Shown here piece after piece: positions 19,083-26,917 of a DNA stretch of 55,595 bases; position 1 is the first letter of the stretch, and the number at the start of each line of letters is the position of its first letter. The DNA is from a virus (Duplodnaviria; Caudoviricetes). A program made the position numbers and the translations under genes. The notes beneath the pieces were generated by a model. The model saw only the letters and a program-made list of their open reading frames with translations. It was not told the DNA's origin and did no database searches. The stretch is from positions 1-55,595 of the IMG/VR virus record IMGVR_UViG_3300004807_000027; one strand, 5' to 3'.

Positions 19083-19700
19083 ATGGCTTTTAAAGACGAC
19101 GGATACGAAACATATCGTAGAATAGTAGATCCTGAAGTACTAGAATTACTATCTAATCAGGTACAGTTGTATCGAGATTGGGTATATGCTACTCAAAAAA
19201 CAGATAAAAACGATAAGTTTGCATTTAAAGATGGTATGGTAGAAAATAGTTTTACTATCAACTCTGACACATCTTTAATAGCAAACGGTACTTTTATATT
19301 TGAAGGTTTATTGCAAATGCTTAAACCTAAGATGGAAAAACTAACAGGCTTAGAGTTATTACCAACTTATGCCTGTTCTCGTATCTATTATCCAGGAGCA
19401 GTAATGGCTAGACATGTTGATAGGCCATCTTGTGAAATATCTGCTACATTATGTGTAGAGCTTAATGGAGATATTTGGCCTATATGGGTACAGAACAAAC
19501 AAAAAACAAACATACCAGTTTACCTTAAAGCTGGTGATATGTTAGTTTATAGAGGCCTGGATATACCTCATTGGCGTAATGCTTATACTGAAGGTACCAA
19601 ACAAATACAGGTCTTTATGCATTATGTAGACAAGAACGGCCCTTATGCTAATTTTGCATACGATGGACGTACACAATTAGGTGTAGCTTACGGTTATTAA
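19083..19700 (+). CDS. 2OG-Fe(II) oxygenase
   Basis: LLPTYACSRIY..G..MARHVDRPSCEIS, GD..VYRG...HWR, QVFMHY. Confidence 0.85.
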   Translation: MAFKDDGYETYRRIVDPEVLELLSNQVQLYRDWVYATQKTDKNDKFAFKDGMVENSFTINSDTSLIANGTFIFEGLLQMLKPKMEKLTGLELLPTYACSRIYYPGAVMARHVDRPSCEISATLCVELNGDIWPIWVQNKQKTNIPVYLKAGDMLVYRGLDIPHWRNAYTEGTKQIQVFMHYVDKNGPYANFAYDGRTQLGVAYGY

Positions 19701-19703
19701 CAA

Positions 19704-19732
19704 TAAAAAACCCCTTACCGAAGTAAGGGGTT
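19704..19732 (-). terminator. intrinsic terminator with cUUCGg tetraloop
   Basis: aaccccttac-TTCG-gtaaggggtt followed by a T-tract on the minus strand; lies between convergent genes. Confidence 0.85.
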
Positions 19733-19755
19733 AATTGTTTAAGTATTTGTATAAC

Positions 19756-20523
19756 TTAGAATTTGTAGGAATAACCTACTGTGTAACCTGTTACTTGAGT
19801 TGCTGAACTTGTAATATCGCCGCGTTGAACGAATAAGTCAGCTTCTAAGCTCTTCCAAGCAAGACCAAGACCTGCATCTGCATACTTCTTGTTTAGCTTA
19901 AGAGCAGCAATTGTTGGTGCGCCTGGATCATTGAAACCAAGACCGAAAGCTGGAACAACTTTTAAGCCATAACCAACACCTAATGGTAGGCGTAGATTTG
20001 CTTCGTAGTTGTTGCTACGATTCTTTGAGTCATTAAGAGCGATGCCATCCCATACAACGGTACCACCAAAGAGCTTACCATCTAATTTAACAAATGGTAA
20101 TGTGTCATTGGATAGTCCACCAACTAAGGTTTCTGTACCTTGAGCGTGACGGAGTTGAGCACCTAATGTAAGGTTAGCAAGACCTGATGTGAAAACGTAA
20201 CCAGCTGTTAAATAAGTACGCTTTAAACCGGAAGCATCTGTGCTTGCAGTTGTAACTGATTTACCAGCTACAGTAGCGGTACTGTATTTCGTTAAACCGT
20301 TATAACGGCTGAACGTTTCAACAGCTAGATCAACGCTATATACATCAAGACCAACACCAGCAGTAATATAATTTGTGCCAGTTACTACGCCTTGTTCAAT
20401 AAGCTTAGAATCAAAACCAGCATTTACGCTAACACCTTTAACAGGTGATAACACTGTCTCTGTTTGAGCAACAGCTGCTGTGGTTAATGATACTAATGCG
20501 AGGAATGTTAATAGTTTCTTCAT
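19756..20523 (-). CDS. outer-membrane beta-barrel (porin-like) protein
   Basis: Sec signal peptide ending AVA-Q, alternating beta-strands, C-terminal YTVGYSYKF BAM signal. Confidence 0.8.
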   Translation of the reverse strand: MKKLLTFLALVSLTTAAVAQTETVLSPVKGVSVNAGFDSKLIEQGVVTGTNYITAGVGLDVYSVDLAVETFSRYNGLTKYSTATVAGKSVTTASTDASGLKRTYLTAGYVFTSGLANLTLGAQLRHAQGTETLVGGLSNDTLPFVKLDGKLFGGTVVWDGIALNDSKNRSNNYEANLRLPLGVGYGLKVVPAFGLGFNDPGAPTIAALKLNKKYADAGLGLAWKSLEADLFVQRGDITSSATQVTGYTVGYSYKF

Positions 20524-20529
20524 ACTCTA

Positions 20530-20537
20530 TATTTATA
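20530..20537 (-). promoter_or_regulatory. T4-type late promoter TATAAATA
   Basis: Exact T4 late consensus 6 nt before the porin ATG. Confidence 0.75.
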
Positions 20538-20591
20538 TATTATTGCCAAAAAATATATACGTTTATTTGTTTTTTTTTGTAAAACGGATTT

Positions 20592-21227
20592 TTATAAAAA
20601 GCTCGGGCCCTTTTGTCCCTGCTTGATTCCCATAACTTTACGCACTAAAAGTTTAACATAGAAATAAATTGTTAAACCAATTGACGGTAATAAAAGTTTA
20701 TTACAGTCACCGATTACTTTGCTTGATCCAATACGATATACTACATTTAGTTTTCTACCTGTTTCGTGCTTAGCTTGGGTCAAATCAACAGTACTAGAAC
20801 TATAATCCTGATCCGACCAGTTATCTACAAGTATATCTGCATTTAACCTATTGCCAGCGCCTTTTAAAGTGCCTCTAATACTAACACTACAACCACCCTT
20901 TACACTAAAAATTTGATTGCCTACACCGGGGGTAGAGTTACCAAACACTCCTTCAAGTACTGCTGAGACTTTATTATTGGCATCTACTGCGTTTTCGCTA
21001 GCTTGATCTACTACTAAACCTGAAAGATTAATAATAGCGCTATCAGCTAATTTAAGAATACTTGCAAAAGAAGTCGGGTTGGAAGGCAAAAATGCCGTAC
21101 TATTATCTGTAGGGGCAGATACCTGTACGATATCTGGACTACCAGCACTTAATGACCAAGCGCATGTGCCTTGAGTGTTGCATGCATACGAAAGATAATT
21201 GATATCTATTGATGTTGATTTGCTCAT
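20592..21227 (-). CDS. hypothetical protein (start MSKSTS), C-terminal hydrophobic segment
   Basis: The longer start would overlap tRNA-Glu; TAAATA at 21236-21241. Confidence 0.65.
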   Translation of the reverse strand: MSKSTSIDINYLSYACNTQGTCAWSLSAGSPDIVQVSAPTDNSTAFLPSNPTSFASILKLADSAIINLSGLVVDQASENAVDANNKVSAVLEGVFGNSTPGVGNQIFSVKGGCSVSIRGTLKGAGNRLNADILVDNWSDQDYSSSTVDLTQAKHETGRKLNVVYRIGSSKVIGDCNKLLLPSIGLTIYFYVKLLVRKVMGIKQGQKGPSFL

Positions 21228-21260
21228 AATAAGATTATTTACTTTAATATTCAAAAAAAA

Positions 21261-21335
21261 TGGTACCCCCACCCGGATTCGAACCGGGATGCCCGCAGTG
21301 AAAGTGCGGTAGACTAACCGTTATCCTATGAGGGC
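21261..21335 (-). tRNA. tRNA-Glu (TTC), copy 1
   Basis: GCCCTCA acceptor, CCGCA-CTTTCAC-TGCGG anticodon arm, GGTTCGAATCC, encoded CCA. Confidence 0.95.
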
Positions 21336-21338
21336 GTG

Positions 21339-21974
21339 TTAAACTGCATCAGCTAACCTAGCAGGCATATCAAAGCATAGCCAGGTGATTAATATAGTTT
21401 TATCACTAGTAATAGGCATATGTCCTTTGTGTACGTATGGAAAACCAGCTGGGTGTATTACAAGAGTACCCTTTTTAGGTTTAACCTTTAAACCTGCATA
21501 TAAAAATTCAGTTTCTCCGCCTTCCTCTACATCGTTTAAATATACTAGTATGGCAAAAAACCTTTTGCAGGATCTATATCCCATTATTTCATGATGCCAA
21601 GCATTGTAGTGACCTTCTCCTTGTTTGTATCTTTGTACTTGTAAAACATCAAATACAGTAGGAGAATTAAAATTATTCATGCCTGACCATTTGTCTTGAT
21701 CAGGAAAGCTCGTTGCATATTTGTTGATATTTGTGTTGAACATATCACAAATTTTATCATTTAAACTTTTAATAGCTGGGGTGTTACTATAATTTAAAAG
21801 GTTTAAATCTATGGAGTTTTTTACGTTTAAATTGTTTGTACCGCGACCGGAAAAGCCTTGATACGTTTCTCCTTCAAGTGCTGCAGTTTCATAAAGTTGC
21901 AATATAGTGTCGCAAAGATCATCTGGAAAGGCATTAGGTATAACCCCAATTGTATCTTGTAATGTTAAGCTCAT
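21339..21974 (-). CDS. 2OG-Fe(II) oxygenase, prolyl-4-hydroxylase-like
   Basis: QRY..G..WHHE, YLNDVEEGGETEF, KPKKG, YVHKG; start MSLTLQ lies 5 nt after TATAAATA. Confidence 0.88.
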   Translation of the reverse strand: MSLTLQDTIGVIPNAFPDDLCDTILQLYETAALEGETYQGFSGRGTNNLNVKNSIDLNLLNYSNTPAIKSLNDKICDMFNTNINKYATSFPDQDKWSGMNNFNSPTVFDVLQVQRYKQGEGHYNAWHHEIMGYRSCKRFFAILVYLNDVEEGGETEFLYAGLKVKPKKGTLVIHPAGFPYVHKGHMPITSDKTILITWLCFDMPARLADAV

Positions 21975-21979
21975 AAATG

Positions 21980-21987
21980 TATTTATA
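21980..21987 (-). promoter_or_regulatory. T4-type late promoter TATAAATA
   Basis: Exact consensus 5 nt before ATG 21974. Confidence 0.75.
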
Positions 21988-22004
21988 GCTGCATTAAGAT
22001 TTGT

Positions 22005-22039
22005 CAATAAAGAACCCAGTATAGTTTTCTATACTGGGT
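22005..22039 (-). terminator. hairpin terminator
   Basis: 11-bp stem acccagtatag/ctatactgggt, 4-nt loop, T-rich tail on the minus strand. Confidence 0.7.
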
Positions 22040-22063
22040 ATTGTTTGCTACTAACTTATAGTA

Positions 22064-22228
22064 TTAAAACAAGTGTTGATGTGGGGCTGAAATAGCGTCT
22101 TTCCACGCTTTTTTAAACCCTACCCAAAACTTTTTAACACTTTTAATGAACTCTGTCTTTGTCTTACTGTTTCCTATCTTATAGTCCTCGTACGCGAGTC
22201 TAACAAGACCACCAACAGCAAGATAACT
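22064..22228 (-). CDS. small protein with N-terminal hydrophobic segment
   Basis: Part of the ORF-track call 22064..22249 (MQVLIVTSYLAVGGLVRLAY...). The full ORF starts at ATG 22249 after an A/C-rich leader and is followed by a terminator. Confidence 0.45.
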   Translation of the reverse strand, partial: SYLAVGGLVRLAYEDYKIGNSKTKTEFIKSVKKFWVGFKKAWKDAISAPHQHLF

Positions 22229-22397
22229 TGTTACGATTAATACTTGCATATGTGTTGTTGTTTTGTTTAGAACCGCAGCCCGGGGGCTTTGGTTGTTATG
22301 CTGGATAATGTCACCAGCACAAATACTTACTCGTTATTTTCATATAATAATGAAAATATCCATAGGAATAAACTATCACTTCTATTTGGATTAAAGA

Positions 22398-22451
22398 TAG
22401 TTGTCCGTCCTGGACTCAAACCAAGAGATCTACTAACTGAGCTACACAACA
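22398..22451 (-). pseudogene. degenerate tRNA remnant lacking the anticodon arm
   Basis: TGTTGTG-TA-GCTCAGTTAGTAGA joined to CTTGG-TTTGAGT-CCAGG-ACGGACA-ACTA: D-arm, T-arm and CCA-like end. Confidence 0.6.
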
Positions 22452-22453
22452 AA

Positions 22454-23050
22454 TTAAAACTTTATCATACTATAAATTAAATTATTAGCCTGTTCTATTG
22501 TTGTAATTCTATTCGTTTTAATTAATTTTCTAATATTTTCAACATAAAGTTTTACATTATTAAAACTCACATTTTTATACATCATTGGTATATGATCTAC
22601 TTTTATACCGTGCTTGTTTAAAATTCTAGTGGTAATCATTTGAGACCACCTGTCAGCAGTATTTTCGATAGAGAGGAGCTTTTTAGCGGCTTCATCGGCT
22701 GATATGTTGTCTAAAAATATATCAGCTGCTATGTCTTCCCCGTACTTTGAATATTGTTTTTGATGAGCTAATTCGTGAAATACAACATACAAAGCATATG
22801 TTATATTCCTATTTAATAAAATTTGAGTATTAATAATACATTTATCATGTTTAGATATACCTAAGGCGCCTCTTAAAGGCTCAAAAGCTATACTGGGACA
22901 TTTAGTGGAAAGTATAACACTTTTTATATCTTCCATAATGTTTTGATATTGCGGAAATGTAATTTGTAAATCAGCAATAAAATTATCTACACCTTCTGTG
23001 GTTTGGTTATCTTGCAGTCTAGCTTCTGTGTAGTATTGCTTAAAATTCAT
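22454..23050 (-). CDS. HExxH metallopeptidase-like protein
   Basis: FHELAH plus downstream ENTAD; start MNFKQYYTEA lies 5 nt after TAAATA. The longer ORF overlaps tRNA and tmRNA. Confidence 0.7.
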   Translation of the reverse strand: MNFKQYYTEARLQDNQTTEGVDNFIADLQITFPQYQNIMEDIKSVILSTKCPSIAFEPLRGALGISKHDKCIINTQILLNRNITYALYVVFHELAHQKQYSKYGEDIAADIFLDNISADEAAKKLLSIENTADRWSQMITTRILNKHGIKVDHIPMMYKNVSFNNVKLYVENIRKLIKTNRITTIEQANNLIYSMIKF

Positions 23051-23061
23051 CATAATATTTA

Positions 23062-23136
23062 TGGTACCCCCACCCGGATTCGAACCGGGATGCCCGCAGT
23101 GAAAGTGCGGTAGACTAACTATTATCCTATGAGGGC
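23062..23136 (-). tRNA. tRNA-Glu (TTC), copy 2 with altered D-loop
   Basis: Identical to copy 1 except the D-loop AACGGTTA>AATAGTTA. Confidence 0.85.
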
Positions 23137-23142
23137 ATAAAG

Positions 23143-23523
23143 TGGTGGACCTGAGGGGAGTTGCACCCCTGTGTTCCGTAACGTTCTTACCAGTTTCTAC
23201 AAGCTTAGCACTATTAATAAAATGTATAACCATAGTGCTGATATACAAGTTGTTTGGTAGTGTTCCTGCTATTCTACTACCATTGAATAGTCAGTCTCGC
23301 TGAATGACGGTTATAATATATAGCGAGAATCTATACTACAACCGATCGCTGATTAAGCAGCGAGTGCGAAGCTTTCGCTAAAGGAAAGAGATTCTTTCAC
23401 AGAAGCTACTGCGTTCTTGAGGCTTTGAATGATGCCGTTTGTTTTTGTGTTAGTTTATAAAGGATCTAACAATCCTGCTTGCTTCTAGTACATCTGCCAC
23501 AGAGTCGAATCTGGTACAGGCCC
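23143..23523 (-). ncRNA. ssrA: tmRNA
   Basis: 5' GGGCCTGTACCAGATTCGAC pairs with 3' CAGGTCC-ACCA with G3:U70; T-arm AGGGG-TGCAACT-CCCCT; internal tag ORF ending FALAA*. Confidence 0.95.
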
Positions 23524-23599
23524 AAAAATGTTGTCAAATAACGTAATATTTATTAAAGTTGATAATTAAAGGTATTATTTAAATAATATATATACCTTT

Positions 23600-24238
23600 A
23601 TGAATATATCAAGAGCAAAACACATGTTAGTTGTAAGCGATTTTATCACTACACTAGAAAGAAATTTTGTTAAAAGCCTTGCTCTTGAAGATAAGTGGTC
23701 AGAAGAAAAAAACAATAGAAATGATGAACAGGGTAGATGGTACCGTTGGAGATCGTTGCAAGATATGTATTTGGGTAAAGAAACGGATTATAGAGCTAAA
23801 TACGTAAAAGAAATACAGGATAGAGCTGTAACGTTAGTACAAGAGCAATTTCCAGAATTAGGTAAGTTAAAGGTCAATTGGTGTGGGGTAAGTGCTCAGA
23901 CTGCACCGTTTGTGTATCACGCAGATTGTGAGTACCCTGAGGTAGAAAGTGAACGAGATTTAGGTATGCCAGAAGCAACAGGTTACAATACGTATAAAAA
24001 ACCAACAAGCAAATGGATACCTAATTATGTACCTACCCGAGTGTATACAAGTGTTATATATTTAAACGACAATTTTAATGGTGGTGAAACCATAATGCCG
24101 GATCATGCTTTTGATGTAAAACCAGTAAACGGTCTTTTATTTGGTTTTCCTTGCGATCGTAACTATATACACGGGGTTAGACCTACTACTAATGGTATTC
24201 GTTATGCTTTTACGTCTTGGTACGAAAAGGACGTTTAA
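23600..24238 (+). CDS. 2OG-Fe(II) oxygenase, prolyl-4-hydroxylase-like
   Basis: HAD, YLNDNFNGGET, HGV....G.RY...SW. Confidence 0.88.
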   Translation: MNISRAKHMLVVSDFITTLERNFVKSLALEDKWSEEKNNRNDEQGRWYRWRSLQDMYLGKETDYRAKYVKEIQDRAVTLVQEQFPELGKLKVNWCGVSAQTAPFVYHADCEYPEVESERDLGMPEATGYNTYKKPTSKWIPNYVPTRVYTSVIYLNDNFNGGETIMPDHAFDVKPVNGLLFGFPCDRNYIHGVRPTTNGIRYAFTSWYEKDV

Positions 24239-24807
24239 ACAGGAAAGATTTCTGTTTGCGCGTTGTAGTAACTAGCTACTACGTATAGTATTATCACGCC
24301 TCTATAGGCTTCTAGTGTTTTTATACGCATCTCTGCTGCAAAGTGACCATCTCCTCTATACACTAACCAGTACCTTAAATTACTTACTGCACTTCTACGT
24401 ACTAAAAATTGAGCTTGATCAATTTTCATTACTGCTATACTTTCTACGTTTTCAATAGTTCTTACACCATTTTTTAACTGTTGACTTACAACAAGCATGT
24501 CGTTACCCGGTACTTGAGTGTGTGGTACCACGAAAGTAAAGTTTTCGTGCATTAAATTATCATCATCTAGGGCATATACCCACTGACCGGTATCTTCTAC
24601 TTTATCATAATAGTGGTTAACACCGGAATGCATTGGCATTCCATCTTCTTTGATTAGCACTGTGGTGTTTTTATAATTCGTTACATCAACGTCTTTTTTA
24701 GTTGTAACAATATACCAATGACACTCTATATTAAGTTTTTCAATAGACTTGTAAATTCTATTCAAAAAAACAGGAGTTCTTGTATAAGCTGTAACAATGT
24801 GAATCAT
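24235..24807 (-). CDS. short GT-A (GT2-like) glycosyltransferase
   Basis: IHIVTAYTR, VYALDDDN, IDQAQF, DGHF, YYN. Confidence 0.65.
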   Translation of the reverse strand: MIHIVTAYTRTPVFLNRIYKSIEKLNIECHWYIVTTKKDVDVTNYKNTTVLIKEDGMPMHSGVNHYYDKVEDTGQWVYALDDDNLMHENFTFVVPHTQVPGNDMLVVSQQLKNGVRTIENVESIAVMKIDQAQFLVRRSAVSNLRYWLVYRGDGHFAAEMRIKTLEAYRGVIILYVVASYYNAQTEIFPV

Positions 24808-24828
24808 AAAACTATTTATTTTTATAAA

Positions 24829-25497
24829 TTATAACTTCCAGCTATCTTTATCATAGTCAAACATAGTAAAAGCTTCTTTAAATTCATTATATATCAACTG
24901 GGCAGTTTCTTCAGTGTAAAACAACCTATAATCCGTATCAGCGCTTAAAAATTGATTATTAACAATGTATTTGTTGTAGTTGTTTAATATAGCAGGAGAT
25001 TTTATATCAATAAAGGGTATTTTTAAAATATCCTCTTTTAAGTTTTCTAATTTAACAAAGTTAGCCTTTATTTTCTTCTTTGTGGTTACAGCTTTAAGAA
25101 TTGTTTCGTAATGAGGGTCATCAAGAAACTTGTAGTTGGCTTTACTAACATAATCTGAAAAATTGGTATTAAATGTGTCAAGGCATCGTTTATCAGTCTT
25201 GCTTAACTCTCTATGCCAATGCCAAAATGACAAGACTCTAGAGTAAGGGTTACGTACATTTAAATATAAACTATAACCTTCTATGTTATCTGGGTAGCAA
25301 AGCGTGTGAGTAGGCATCCATTCAGGACCTATAACTTTACCTTGTTTTTCAAACAATAATGTACCTAAAAATAAACCAACTGACCGTGTACCGTTACGAG
25401 TTGGTAACCACCATATAACTTTATGTTGGTGGGAAATGTTTACATCAGGTAGCACGTTACTCCTTGAATACACACCAACTCCACTCTCCACAAGCAT
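24829..25497 (-). CDS. sulfotransferase (Sulfotransfer_2-like)
   Basis: PTRNGTRSV 5'-PSB-like loop, VRNPYSRVLS, KLENLKED, F..FDY. Confidence 0.7.
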   Translation of the reverse strand: MLVESGVGVYSRSNVLPDVNISHQHKVIWWLPTRNGTRSVGLFLGTLLFEKQGKVIGPEWMPTHTLCYPDNIEGYSLYLNVRNPYSRVLSFWHWHRELSKTDKRCLDTFNTNFSDYVSKANYKFLDDPHYETILKAVTTKKKIKANFVKLENLKEDILKIPFIDIKSPAILNNYNKYIVNNQFLSADTDYRLFYTEETAQLIYNEFKEAFTMFDYDKDSWKL

Positions 25498-26023
25498 ATC
25501 TATCGTCTTTTACCCCAAAGAAGTCTTTTACTGCTCTACGCACATCGTCATCATTAGCGGTGTAGTCGTGTCCAGCTATATGTCCTCCTTTTTTTATTTT
25601 AGGGTACCAAGCATGTAAATCGTGCATTACAGCTTCGTATACATGATTAGCATCAATAAAAACAAAATTTAACGATTCATCTGGAAAACGTTTAGCAGCC
25701 TCTACAGAACTCATTCTTAGAGACTCTACTAAATGATCTACAGGTTTAATGTTTTCTTTGTATAAATGCCAAACAAAATCAATAGGTACACTATCTGGGT
25801 CTTTAAGAGACAGCCCGTCTATAGTATAACGGTCCCATACATCTACTGTTGTTAGTTTGATATTTTTTTTAGAATTAGCTATTTCTACAGCCATATAAGC
25901 TGTAGAAGCACCTTGAAAAGCCCCTACCTCTACAAAGTGCGCATTATCATACCGCTCTACCATATGTGTATAAAGCTTAGGAAAGGTAAACCAACCAGGT
26001 ATTCGGTAATGAAAATGTTCCAT
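25457..26023 (-). CDS. class I SAM methyltransferase (Methyltransf_24-like)
   Basis: VEVGAFQGAST, FVFIDANH.YE, KKGG.IAGHDY. Confidence 0.88.
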   Translation of the reverse strand: MEHFHYRIPGWFTFPKLYTHMVERYDNAHFVEVGAFQGASTAYMAVEIANSKKNIKLTTVDVWDRYTIDGLSLKDPDSVPIDFVWHLYKENIKPVDHLVESLRMSSVEAAKRFPDESLNFVFIDANHVYEAVMHDLHAWYPKIKKGGHIAGHDYTANDDDVRRAVKDFFGVKDDRYACGEWSWCVFKE

Positions 26024-26060
26024 ATACTAATTTACTAATTATTTGTAATATGCAATAAAT

Positions 26061-26137
26061 TGGTCGGAACGGCGGGATTTGAACACGCGTCATCCTGCTC
26101 CCAAAGCAGGCGGTCTACCAGGCTGACCTACATCCCG
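26061..26137 (-). tRNA. tRNA-Pro (TGG)
   Basis: CGGGATG acceptor, CCTGC-TTTGGGA-GCAGG anticodon arm, TTCAAAT loop, CCA; one T-stem mismatch. Confidence 0.92.
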
Positions 26138-26145
26138 AGTAAACT

Positions 26146-26415
26146 TTAAAGTAACTTGGTCTTTTCTTTCTTTACGCTTTTTTTTGTATTTTCTGTTAAA
26201 AGCTTACCAGTAGGAGCAATTAACCCCATAACTTGTTCTATAGTTTCCTGTACTTCCCATGTACCGTGAGGTGGGCAATGTACAAATGTAACTTCTTCTA
26301 CAGTAGCATCTTCTCTAGTTATAATGTTACGGTGCATACTCACAATAAAATCAGTGTTAATAACCACTATTTTGTTTCTGTGAGACGGATTTGCGTTAGT
26401 TAAAGATATGAGCAT
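26146..26415 (-). CDS. FlbD-like protein
   Basis: MLISLT...VVINTDFIVSM...T.V......WEVQETIEQV pattern of the FlbD family. Confidence 0.55.
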   Translation of the reverse strand: MLISLTNANPSHRNKIVVINTDFIVSMHRNIITREDATVEEVTFVHCPPHGTWEVQETIEQVMGLIAPTGKLLTENTKKSVKKEKTKLL

Positions 26416-26454
26416 AATAGTATTTACTTGAGTTTAAAGAGCTTCAACCTGTTA

Positions 26455-26712
26455 TTAAATAGGTACTTTTACTTCGCCTATATTAATAACATTACTGTTT
26501 TTTTGAAATAAAAATACCTTTTTATCTAGACCGTCTTCTGCTTTAAGTTTTTTAGCACTATCAATTGCAGCATTAGAATCGGAATACTTAACAGTGTTAT
26601 CAATATTGCGGCTCCAATTATTATCTTTGCAGTAAAACAGAAACTCTTGTAACACATTTGCTGCATTCATATATCTTACAGAGGTATCGGCTATAATGAA
26701 CTCTGTGTTCAT
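26455..26712 (-). CDS. hypothetical protein
   Basis: ORF coupled to the upstream stop. Confidence 0.6.
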   Translation of the reverse strand: MNTEFIIADTSVRYMNAANVLQEFLFYCKDNNWSRNIDNTVKYSDSNAAIDSAKKLKAEDGLDKKVFLFQKNSNVINIGEVKVPI

Positions 26713-26909
26713 TAACGTATTTGTTGACGTTTTTTAAGATCGTAAACTTGAGTGGTGCCGTCTTTGAGCATTATAGTGGCAGTATCACCACTTATAGATA
26801 CTCCGCCTATACCGGCGGATTTAGCACTTATAGTAAACTTTATTTGACCGGTAAGAGCATCGGTAATGTCTACAGCCCCGTCTTTTTTAATTCTTGCTGA
26901 GTATGCCAT
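26712..26909 (-). CDS. hypothetical protein
   Basis: ORF starts 5 nt after TATAAATA (26915-26922). Confidence 0.65.
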   Translation of the reverse strand: MAYSARIKKDGAVDITDALTGQIKFTISAKSAGIGGVSISGDTATIMLKDGTTQVYDLKKRQQIR

Positions 26910-26917
26910 AATAATAT

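Noticed and set aside
21228-21272. N-terminal extension of ORF 20592..21272
   Set aside because: It overlaps tRNA-Glu and the promoter motif; ATG 21227 is preferred.
22289-22480. 63-aa plus-strand ORF
   Set aside because: It has a TTG start and lies antisense to the structured leader and tRNA remnant; no coding support.
21261-23136. tRNA-flanked segment as an integrative mobile element
   Set aside because: No integrase or transposase is present, and the duplication covers the whole tRNA rather than a 3' att fragment. Kept only as a recombination cassette.
23051-23248. N-terminal extension of the 264-aa ORF 22454..23248
   Set aside because: It runs through tRNA-Glu and the tmRNA 3' end; the promoter position supports a start at 23050.
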